Shown here: piece by piece, positions 53,239-64,000 of the stretch
Layout of the letters: each line of letters begins with the position of its first letter
How positions within the stretch are numbered: the stretch's first letter is position 1
Assembly: GCA_030248215.1 (NCBI GenBank)
Contig: JASANG010003984.1
Span: 558,001-622,000, forward strand
Reading direction: 5' to 3'
Source: Enoplolaimus lenunculus
Lineage: Eukaryota
Length of the DNA stretch: 64,000 nt
The notes under the pieces: model-generated
Told to the model about the DNA's origin: nothing
Databases searched by the model: none
Seen by the model: the letters and a program-made list of their open reading frames with translations, nothing else
Program-made: the position numbers and the translations under genes

Positions 53239-53650
53239 CAAAGAGATGATTTCGATGGTAAACAGTTAAGATGTGTAGAATCATACTCTGTAAATTCTGA
53301 TGAGTCAATTAATCAACTCAAAGAGAGAATTAGTTATTTTGGGTCATTTTTCATTTAATAACAGTAAACAATAACTCACTCTGAGCTGATTTAATTCTAG
53401 CTTAATTGATTAATTAACTCAGAATGAGTTCAATCAATTTAGAATTGCGGCTTCTGAAAGTCCTACTTCACAGCTCAGACTTCTGAGTGAATTCAACTCA
53501 TTCTGAGTTAAAAACCACCACCCGAAAAAAAAACGGTACCCCCCGCAAAACCCCCCAAATTTTTTTATTCATATCCGCAGTTGTCTATTAAGTGTAAGTT
53601 AAATTTCAATCCATAATTGTTGTAAAATTATATTTTGTTAAATTTAAGTA

Positions 53651-53895
53651 CACTGTAAATTCCAACGAGTTGATTAATCAATTCAGCTATAGCGAGTTGG
53701 TTATTTCTGAATTAATATTAACTCACTCTGAGTTGAGTTGATTCTCCCTCTGAGTTGAGTTGACTCTGGGTGAGTTGGTTAATTTACCTCAGGATGAATT
53801 GAAGCAACTCAAAATTTTGAGTTATGATAGTCCTAACTCAGACTGAGTGATTCAACGCATTCTGAATTAAAATCAACTCACTGAAATTTACAGTG
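53651..53895. mobile_element. MITE family B
   Basis: Full length, TA...TA. Confidence 0.9.
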
Positions 53896-54761
53896 TAAAA
53901 ATTTTTCAACACCAAATATTTATTTTGTTTCTTATTTGTAAAATTGAATCAACGTCAACAAAGAAGTCAGATTTCGATCACAACTTTTTTTTTCGTCAAA
54001 TTTGAAATTTTAAGGTCTTCCATTGTGTGGTTGGTTCCTCATCGACACTGGTTTCAGTGCTACCAAATATGCGTATGTTCGGTGTAATGTATTTTTGCTT
54101 TATTTTTTTATTTCTTATTTTTGTTTTTAAGCAAATGTGTCACAATTGTTTAAAAACAGTACAGCGATCGAATATTATGTTATTTTTCTTATTTAATTGA
54201 ATTGTAATTGATTAATGGCAATTGTTTTTTCCGATTTAATTTCAAATTTTGGGCCATCCAAGTTAAAATCTGACTGGTGCACGCATCATAAGTAAAGGAT
54301 CAGACGCTTTTGTGATCATTCAATTGAATTGTAATTAATAAATGGCATTTTTTGAGATTTAATTTCAAACTTTGGGCCGTCCAACTTAAAATCTGAATTT
54401 TGCACCAATCATAATTAAGGTTCAGATCGTTCTGTGGTCGTACATTGTATATTCCAATGAGTTGATTAATGAATTCAGCTAGCGAGTTGGTCATTAGAGT
54501 GGGTTAATGTTTTACTGTTATTAACTCAGAAATAACAAGAAATGACTAATTTGTTCTCTGAGTTGATTAATTAAACTCACTGAAATTTACATGTGAGTTG
54601 TGTAGAATTAGCAATGGGTGCTACACGCAGTTGAGAATACGAACACTGATTCAAATGCTAAATACATTACACGACGATTGCAATTTTGTGTAATTTATTT
54701 TATATAATTTTTAATTAAGCAATACCATACAGAGCCCTTAACGAAAATTTTGCTGCAAACA

Positions 54762-54830
54762 CGACGGGATTCGAACCCACGACGCACAATTAACGTAGTT
54801 TCCCTTAAGACATTGCTTAGTTTTCCCGCT
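54762..54830 (-). ncRNA. Degenerate tRNA-derived (SINE-like) head
   Basis: GTGGGTTCGAATCCCGTC T-arm/B-box hairpin; a related motif lies at 1790-1815 (+). Confidence 0.35.
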
Positions 54831-55386
54831 ATGGTTTAACGATGATTTCAAGTGTGAATTGGGACAATGTGACAAGATAGAAATGTTCATTACAGGAATG
54901 AATGAACATGGCAAAACATATGCTACAGCAATTTCATGTCGACCAGTGACCAGAATCGCTGTCTTTAAGTAGGCCAAAAAGTTCCTGATAACCTAAGTAT
55001 TTTGGTTTAAGGCGATAAAAATTATTTTAAAAACTTCTTAACGAATAATTTATCCCATAGGTAATTGGTCCAATGTAAAAGACCAAAATCTTAACGTTTA
55101 ATGGAGGACTGCAATAGAGTAAGCTTAAGCTTTACACTATTTTTTGCTTAGGCTGAGGCTTAGGTTTAGGCTGAGGCTTACGTATAAGCCTATTCTTATG
55201 CTTATTCTTACGTCAAGCTTAGGAATATGCTTTTACTACTGTTACGGTTCTTGCTCTTTACATTGGAAGGTAATTTCAAGAACGGTCTAATTCATAACAT
55301 CAATTAATGTTTTAAGCTGTCGAGTTTAATTGATTTAATCTCAAACAATTACTTTTCGACTTTTTTTATCCAAATTATTTGATTAA

Positions 55387-55503
55387 GGGATGCGCTATAC
55401 TCGCCGCACGCCGCTGGACGGCGCTGTAAAACCTTTTATTAAAAAGTATCGCACGCCGCCGTACGTGCGGCAGCGTGCGGCACAGTAAAGTATAGCGCAT
55501 CCG
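55387..55503. mobile_element. MITE family I (GGG.TGCGCTATACT TIR, TAA TSD; Harbinger/Tourist-like)
   Basis: TAA on both sides. Other copies at 20224-20401 and 42463-42549; a left end at 26431. Confidence 0.8.
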
Positions 55504-55537
55504 TAACATTTGGAAATTAAAAAATTTAACTAAAATA

Positions 55538-55952
55538 CTGTAGTGACCCGAATAACAGGAGCGGAGGACTGATATTTATTTGGAATCTCCAGAGGGTACC
55601 CTCCTTTTTATTCGGTTACGGACTGTTATTTATTTTTAACCCACGCTCCGGTCACCCTTCGTTACTGATATATCGCCAGTATTGCAACTGTCCGTTGAAT
55701 TAAACGTTTATTTGTATTGTGACAAGGTTATACTTAGGAATGTACTTTCAAAATTTAAGTACGCTTTAAAGTTTCGAACTCAAATTATTTGGTCCTGGCG
55801 TCATTTATACGCTACAGTTAGGGTTAATTGACATTTATGGACTCTAATTAGGGTTTAGGGACCCAATCCGCTCACTGATTCTTATTACGGTTACGGACTC
55901 TTATTGATTCGGACTCAAAATTTGGACCCCCTCTTATTACCTCACTGACCCG
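55538..55952. mobile_element. MITE family D
   Basis: Colinear with the 39230 copy. Confidence 0.85.
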
Positions 55953-56512
55953 CTTTATATAAAACGAGTTAGCCACAAATCAAACATCATCAAAGCACTG
56001 TAGCTAATTTGAGGAGGGGGTAATATATTTATTTCCTTAAATACGCCTTTAAGATTGAGGGGTTTCATCTTGAACACTTACAGCAACAGTTGTTGGTTTG
56101 TTTTGATTCTCAATCGAACCAGTTTTATTTTGTCTTTCTACCAGTACTGATTGCTCTTTTGCAAGTGCCAAATAGGATTTCTTCGGGGTATTTTTGGTGT
56201 CGGCATTGTAATTTTGGTGCGTTTTTAATTGGAATTCAAAACATTAATGAGAAATTGACTAATTTGTTTGTTTGTGTATATGTGTTTGCGTCAGTTTTGG
56301 ATCACTGGGCCGTCTGGAAAGGCTGCTCGAGAGAAAGATACAATAATTCCAGGTCAAATACCAGAAACAAAGTCCGCCAAGCTGCAAGAGGGATCAGTCT
56401 CTTTGTGGACGTCTTCGCTTGTTAATAGAAGTATTTACTAGGGGTCGGTCGGGCTGGCCCCCAGTTTCGGAAAAACGCTTTCCTGAAAATGAAAAAAATG
56501 TAATGACACCTT

Positions 56513-56722
56513 CACTCCAAAAATAGAGTGAGTCAAACTGACTCTCTCCGCAATAGGCTCTACGGGACTACACAAACTGAGTCAAATTCGATTCCGCCAG
56601 AGTCAAGTTCAACTCTCGGAATCGCACGTTTGAAACTGGCAGAGTCGGATTTGACTCAGTTTGTGTAGTCCTGTAGAGCTTATTTTAGAGAGAGTCAATT
56701 TGACTCGCCATTTTTTGCAGTG
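56513..56722. mobile_element. MITE family A
   Basis: Full palindrome. Confidence 0.9.
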
Positions 56723-57163
56723 TATGGATGCGGCCCACCCATTAATTTATTGCTTCATATAATCTGGTCGATTTTTGACACATTCGTTAAGGCAATGATT
56801 ATTAACTGGTGAAAATTACTAGTCCATGTAAAGATCAGTTGCACAACGGTTTCCTGCAGGACTGCAATGGAATAAGCTTAAACTTTAAGATTATAATGTT
56901 TTGCCCTCGATTTAGGCTTAGGTATGATTTCATTTTTACACTTAGGTCTAGGATTAGGGTTGCGCTTAGGAATAAGCTATACTATTGTTACAGTCCTGTT
57001 CTATACATTAGCCAAATTGTTTCAAGTTTGTCGTTCGTTTCGCTTGCGAGGTTGTTGTCAAATAACTTGGGTCAGCTAATTATTTCATGTTTTGCTGCAA
57101 TTTTTTTACGTTATTTTACTTCGTCTCTGCGGCTATTTCATCTTCTTATATTTCTGAAATCTA

Positions 57164-57363
57164 GACTGCAAAAAATGGTGAGTCAAATTGACTCACTCCG
57201 AAATAGGCTTTACTTGACTACACAAACTGAATCAAAATTCGACTCCGCCTGAGTCAAATTCGGCTCGATTTGACTCTGGCGGAGTCAAATTTTGACTCAG
57301 TTTGTGTAGTTAGGAAAAGCCTATTTCGGAGAGAGTCAATTTGACTCACCATTTTTTGCAGTG
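57164..57363. mobile_element. MITE family A
   Basis: Full palindrome, TA...TA. Confidence 0.9.
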
Positions 57364-57448
57364 TACAGCGGCACGTTTGGTGCCGTATTTTATCAAATGT
57401 ATGCATATCTCGTCAGTAAGTTCTGTATCCGCCACAGGTAGACACATC

Positions 57449-57683
57449 CAGAGGCGATCTAAACATTTCAAGTTGGGGACCTTGTTATTTTATCCGCAAA
57501 AATTTTCAGAACGCGAAAAATTGTAGGACTTATCACTATATCACAAAAAAATCTCAGGAAAAAATTGTTTTTATAAAAAGTTTTCTGAGTTGAAAACATT
57601 ATGATGTAGGGACATTACCATTTTATCACAAAAAATCTCTGATGGGGGCGTACTACGTCCACAGCCCTCTGGATCCGCTGTTG
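57449..57683. mobile_element. MITE family G (hAT-like, GCGGATCC subterminal motif)
   Basis: Perfect 8-bp TSD GACACATC; a related copy in opposite orientation at 21121-21341. Confidence 0.85.
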
Positions 57684-58744
57684 GACACATCGTATCCTTT
57701 GTAAAATGCAGACTATTTCAGTCTTTCTCATAAAAATCAAATGACATTGCAAGCAGATAACACAACCCCACATTCGAGCTGAACTGAGAAATTCTTGAAA
57801 TGCTTAAGCAAGTATTATTTTAGTCCAAAACCGATACAAATAGAAATTTTTCCATTAAATGTTAAGTTTGTTGAGTACACAAAATGACATATTACATATA
57901 ACAAGAGTGCATTATACAAGAGTGTGAAACTGTTGGAGTTTCACATGGTACCAAATCTACCACCGGCCGTTGCGCTTTCGGCCGCCCCCCTTATTTAAAT
58001 GAGGGTCGCTATCACATGAAATAGCACTAAATTAAACTGTAATCAGAGTATTTTTGATACCGGAAACATACGGTGTCATGGTTCGCACAGGCTTTACCCT
58101 TCCGCTAAATAAGGGTGTAGTCGTAAGGCAAAAACGCAACGCGTGCCGGGTACATTCTTTTCTACACAGAATATACGCAGTTGCATACTCTTCATCATGC
58201 ACTCTTGGATATAATAAATGTATAATTTGCATGTAAATTTAGCAAATAATGAATTCTGAACGAAAAAGTTACTGTGTGAAAAGTCGATTTCTGTAAGGCT
58301 AAATCGCTTTTATTTATTAATATATCTTATAATTGTTAAGTATCGGTAAAGGCGTGGCTAGTAAAGCCTGTAGTACCTACGTCAATTGAAGCTTGGCTTT
58401 GCTTATATGTTTTGTTTATTCAACATAAAGTTGAAATTTTTAACTTTTTACTAAAATTATTAAGGCTCTTGCGTAAACTCCACCCGACGCAAGGTTAAAA
58501 ATTTAAATTTCACTTTAAACGCAATCTTAAGCTATAATCTATGCCAAAGCCTAAGCCTACACCTAAACATGATCCTAAGTGTAACGTCTAAGTTATGTCA
58601 AATATCTGAAAGTTTCGAAAAATTACGAGATTTTCAGCACAACCAGCGTTATACAGGATATGCATCTTCCCATCAGGCGCGGATCCACGCCAATCTTCCT
58701 ATGCACACACTTATATATATATATATTGATATATACATACATAT

Positions 58745-59869
58745 ACAAGTTATTAAAGTGCCCCTAACCGGGCCATAGAAAAAGATATGTTTTGAAAATA
58801 TATTTGATGTGTAACGTGTAAAGTTTAGAAACAAGGGACTCGAACAAATTTTGAAAGTTAAATTCATGTACTACCTTTTTTCACAAAAATCGGGCTTATT
58901 TTCCAGGACAGCATATTTCAGATTGCCAAAAAAGTTTTGGCGGTCACAAGCAAGCTGTGATGTGTCACACAGAAACATATTCACAGCTTTGTTTGATAGT
59001 TTCGTAATTTTCTGAATTACCCGTTATCGCAGAAAAATGACTCATGGGGATAGACGCTTTGAACATGCGATGTGGAGATGTGATTTTCATCTTATTCAAG
59101 CACCATGAAACAAATGATTACCTATTTACTACTACTGGCACTAATAAGTGCCATTATTCACGGCACAAATTTGTAACCCTGTGTGCATTTCATACAAAAA
59201 TGATAATTTACAAACATAGATGGCAGTATGAAGCTTTATAACCAACTTTAGTTTTATCGAAATCTTAACCTTTGTTTTTGAGTGGCCCATTGTTCATAGC
59301 ACAGTATAATGCGACGTTAGCTTTCGTCTCCGGCATAAAATCGGCCTCTCCGACTAACGCAAATTTTGGTTCAACTCTGACTCCGGTATTTTAACCTACG
59401 GTTGCTTCCTGGTTCATGCTGTAAACGAATGCTAAATTACGCAAAATTATAAATGAATATATAAAGTTTCAGAAAATATTGCACTTTGCCAGTACAATTC
59501 AGGTACGCAGACTTCTCAAGGGTTCTTCAAAATTTTATCATAAAATAAAGCGATTACATTGTCAAATTTCTTTTTAACCGAAGGAAAACATCAAATATAA
59601 TACTGTTTGATTTATGGCCGCCCAAAGCTGTGAATATGTTTCTGTGTGACACATCACAGCTTGCTTGTGAGAGCCAAAACTTTTTTGGCAATCTGAAATA
59701 TGCTGTCCTGGAAAATAAGCCCGATTTTTGTGAAAAAAGGTAGTACATGAATTTAACTTTCAAAATTTGTTCGAGTCCCTTGTTTCTAAACTTTACACGT
59801 TACACATCAAATATATTTTCAAAACATATCTTTTTCTATGGCCCAGTTAGGGGCACTTTAATAACTTGT
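58745..59869. mobile_element. Young long-TIR non-autonomous element (Kolobok-like or foldback)
   Basis: 247-bp arms at 58745-58991 and 59623-59869 with about 3 mismatches; TTAA-AGTGCCCC...GGGGCACT-TTAA just inside the arm ends. Confidence 0.9.
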
Positions 59870-61494
59870 TTCACAACTTTACAAAAGTAACTTTGTTCTG
59901 ATACGGGTATAGATACTGAAAAGATCGAACAATAAACAAAATTGAATTGATACTAACTTACCAAGGTTATTAAGTCGCTCATAACCACTAACTTAGCAAG
60001 ATTATTAAGTCACTCATAACCGATGCACCAACCCCACCAATTATTATTTTAATACATCCGCATTCATGATAGTTTGCTCTACCTAGCTATGTATATTCCT
60101 GTTTTTAAAACAATTTTCTTTACAGATTTTAAAAAAGTCAACGCACAATATGACGAAAAACCAGATAATGTAGCATCAACTGTTGCATAACAATACGCTA
60201 AGCCAACACACTAGGCAATGCTGAAAAAATAATTGTTGGCTCTATGTACCGGGGCTGCGTAGTTTTATAGTTTACTTCGACGCCGTTTATCTGAGTCAAA
60301 ATACGAAGAAAATTTGCACAAAAATTAGAGCAAATTTTCGCCTAGTTTGCTACTACAGAATTTGAATGGAACCTGTCATTGTATGTAGTAAGCTTATAGT
60401 ATGATGTTGCTACATGCGATAAATTATACATATCTAAACTAGCTGCATGAAAATATGAACGATTTTTAGAATCAAAAATTTTGGGTAAAACATATTATAA
60501 AAAAAAATAATAAAATAAATAAATAAATAAATAAATAAAATAAAATAATAATAATTTGCCACAAAACCGTAAAAATTCTGGTTCGTGTATCGTGGAATGC
60601 AGAACCAGGAACAGGAATTGAATTTTTGCACGAATTCCAGTCTGAACAGTAATTCAGGTTGAACCCTGACTGTATATGTGTGTGTATCGTAGTTCCGAAG
60701 GTCCAAGACATAGTCGTTCCCTTCTCAATTTAGGCAAAGCTTAGTTAGTGGCCAGTTTTCTGGTTCAAACCTATCGCCACCCGGTTAGTAAACGACATCT
60801 CAAAATCATCATTGAAAACCACGTGTGTGTGTGTATTTATGTTGCTGACTGCAGTTGAAAATGACAGAGAAAAACATTAACTTTGACACATGAGTTCGTT
60901 TTTTGTTTTGTTTGTTTTTATAATTATACACATATGCGCATGTATATATACTAAATATTGTCGTTTCAATGCAATTCCTACCCCGGTTTTGAAATTGTGG
61001 CTAATTTTGTGCTCCGAGTCTGAGACCGAGTATGATTTCTACTTCAGAATTACGGTTTTTTTTTGGTTGCGGGTACCAAATCTAAATTTTAGGTATACCT
61101 CGGCTTGCTTGAAGAAAATGAATGAAAAAAGACGAAACAGTACCGGATAGTTAACCAGTTTGAAAAACCTGTAAGTTTGGGAAGTAAAGCTTTCATCGAG
61201 TACAAACTTCAAGAAATTCAAATTCCGGTTCCGATTCCAGTTCTGACGAAATTCTATTCCGGCTGGATCCCTGTTGAATAATGATCGTTTGCGGCATTGA
61301 ATGTAGAAGAGTTACTAAGAGTGGTGGTTATACAATGTATCGCGGAGATATTATAACGGTGCCACGAAACCCAGCCCATCAGGATATTCCTTTGTGTGAG
61401 TTTAACTTTTTTGTTGAATTGTCGCAAATGGTTTGGCAAATTTTCTTATTGTCGAAGTTACCCTTAAATCGATTCAAGGCTGTTTATGATTAGG

Positions 61495-61686
61495 CGCCAT
61501 GTTAAGATCACAGGCAGAACGTTTTGCTGTCAGACCGGAATAGAGTAAGCTTAAGCTTTAGACTATTTTTTGCTTGGCTGAGGATTTGGTTTAGAAATAA
61601 ACTTATTCTTAAGCTAATGCTTAGGCTTAGGCTTAGGCTAGGAATATGCTTAAAATACTGTTTCGCACCTGTTTTTTACATTGGCC
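61495..61686. mobile_element. MITE family C2
   Basis: Matches the C2 consensus; ends ...ACATTGGCC. Confidence 0.8.
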
Positions 61687-62351
61687 AGGGACACCAATAG
61701 AAATTCACCGTGATACGCCACTGCAGTTTTGGTAAAATGTCATTAACTAAAAACGGCAATATTTGCAACACCAACATCTCAAAACAGTTGTTTCCGGATC
61801 GACAGGAGCGTGCCTAAGGATACCCGGTCCCCTCCCAATCCAAGTTTCGGGACTTTTAGCAATCGCGAATTAAGCATCCCTCAAGCGAAGTAAGCAAGAA
61901 GCCAGACGCAATTTTAGTATTAAATCCCAAAATATTAAAAGATTAATTTGCTTTAATTCGGGGTGGCATTCGATGTCCTGAATTGCCATTAGATCCACGT
62001 ATGCCGAGTTCGAAACTTTAAAGCGTACTTAAGTTTTCAAAGTGCATTCTTAATTATAACCTTTTAATATCGCTCAAACTATTGAAACGAGACAAATATA
62101 CGTTTAATTGAACGGATAGTTGCAGTACCGGATATATATCAGTAACGATGGGTGGCGGAGCGTGGGTTTAATATAAATAACAGTCCGTAACCGAATAACA
62201 ATGGGAGGTACCGTCTGGAGAGGCCAAATAAATATCAGTCCGCCCCTCTAATTCGGGTCAATACAGTACAAGTGTCATATGAAATGATGAAAATTCTAGA
62301 ACTAAGCGAACCAGAAACTGTGCGCTTTTACTGTATTCAATCATCTCAAAA

Positions 62352-62521
62352 CAGGCCCGCAGCCAGCTCACCATGTTAAGGTGGCTAAAACTTTTTAGCA
62401 GGGGCATTCAAGGGTTTTTAGTGATTTGCAGGCAAGGTTGAAACTTTTCTAGGGGGAGCCAAAATTTTTCCAGGGGGGGTTGAGCTCCTTACCCCCCTGG
62501 CCTCTCTTGGCTACAGGCCCG
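62352..62521. mobile_element. MITE family F
   Basis: Flanks tctcaaaa/tctcagaa. Confidence 0.85.
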
Positions 62522-64000
62522 TCTCAGAAATGTCTATTTTGGGTTTCAGTAGAGCTTTTGAAATTGATTTTGTTTTCAAACTCCGGGTTTTTTTAGGCCG
62601 TCCCCCCAGAGGATTGGGGATGCGTTAAGCACGCGTTGAATTAACAGACCATAGGTTGTGTGACCGGCAGAGGTGCAAGCCAGTAAATTACTTTGCCCAC
62701 GACAAACCCTTTACCGCCCTTATTTGTTCTTCAGCGTTCACGCATCAATTAAAAAAAGGTGACAAGTTAACATACCCACATTGTCCTGTTGAATATCATA
62801 TGACACTAGAGCTTGAAATTTGAATCTTTGAATTATGAAGCTTGGAATATTATATGATATTCGCGTAAATGTCCCACAGTATCACGTGACATAGCGACTT
62901 TTGTACACATTGAGCATTTGAGAGCGGTGGTTTGTAAGCTAATATCATATGACATTGAAGTTTTGTTTGTTGACCCGATATGAGCACTCGAATTTTAACG
63001 TTGACGTCGAATCAACATGGGACAACCTGTGGTCCGCCTGCCCCGGTTATAACATGAATCTCACATAGTCCCACAATTATCAATAAGTCTGTGAATGCAA
63101 ACGACAAAAGTTGATAAATCAAATTGCATAACGTTTGAATACCTGGAGACCGTTTAGCAGTACCTAGCGGATAAATCAGTAAACTAACACATTGTTTTCT
63201 CAAAACGACATAACATTTTGTAATTAAGGCGATATTGTGTAATTTCACAGTGCATTGATGTTAGTCGCTCGATTCACGTTACAAAAACTATTATTTTCAA
63301 AACAAACCATTAAGTAAAAAAATGTAACACCTGTTAATATTGCACATTACAAATATTACACATAAAACTAGGTTGTTTACCGATTAGTGATCAATGAATC
63401 GAAACATTCTTGCCTGTACGAAATCATTGTAGTTAAAAGCGGATAAATCACACATTATTTCTGTTGAAATGTATGTGACAAATAGTCCCGCTTCAATAAG
63501 CCTACTGCAGAGCACTGCAAACAATTTGCTAACAACATTTGTGTGAATAATACGGTTGTCGTAGAGAGCCATTAAGTCATAGATTACAAAACTTCAGTAC
63601 TGCATCCTTTCCAGACCATAATCTTGGCAACCTGCTTTATTTGTGATATATACTATCTATGTACTTTGGACCGCCGTTTGCTGTTTTTTATAAAAATTTT
63701 AGGAGGGTAACAATTAACAAATTTTAGACCGCCCTTCGAAATTCTTTACCCGCGGGTAAACCTGTATCAAAATTTTCTTACCCGTCCCGCGTTTACCCGA
63801 AGGTTTCTGTGTGTTGCGTGCAACTCGGGTACCCAGTGGTGTATACAAGGAACAAATAGAGGACAGATCCCTATATGAACTAATGGCTATACCCGTGTAC
63901 AGTTCCATTTTCCGCGATTTTGGTGCACAAAGCCTAAAGCATAAACAATATTATTTAACCTTAGCAACGCCTACAAAGTCTAAATATACGCAGCAAACTT

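Noticed and set aside
1..64000. Autonomous transposase, reverse transcriptase or any prokaryotic-type operon
   Set aside because: The longest ORF is 245 aa and no DDE, RT or HUH motifs were recognised.

Overview
AT-rich eukaryotic (probably invertebrate animal) DNA with no prokaryotic gene structure, rRNA, CRISPR array or recognisable transposase. Most of the window is non-autonomous DNA-transposon elements (MITEs) from at least 10 families: two CACTG-ended palindromic families (A, B), a GGCC-ended family carrying TTAGGC telomere-type hexamers (C), a TA-flanked Tc1/mariner-like family (D), Harbinger-like families (E, I), hAT-like families with 8-bp TSDs (F, G), a piggyBac-like TTAA element, and others. 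Many are nested. Two coding exons are well supported: a minus-strand terminal exon of a single-pass membrane protein (2125-2854) and a plus-strand first exon of a probable secreted precursor (29527-30037). Other GC-richer exon candidates are ambiguous; some have in-frame TGA at Cys-like positions of a weak ADAM10/17-like pattern. Notable structures are a very young 247-bp inverted repeat (58745-59869), a MITE-derived 53-bp satellite with TTAGGC blocks, an inverted ~0.8-kb duplication 27 kb apart, and tRNA-derived heads inside MITEs. Family letters are my own labels; all coordinates and identities were read by eye.
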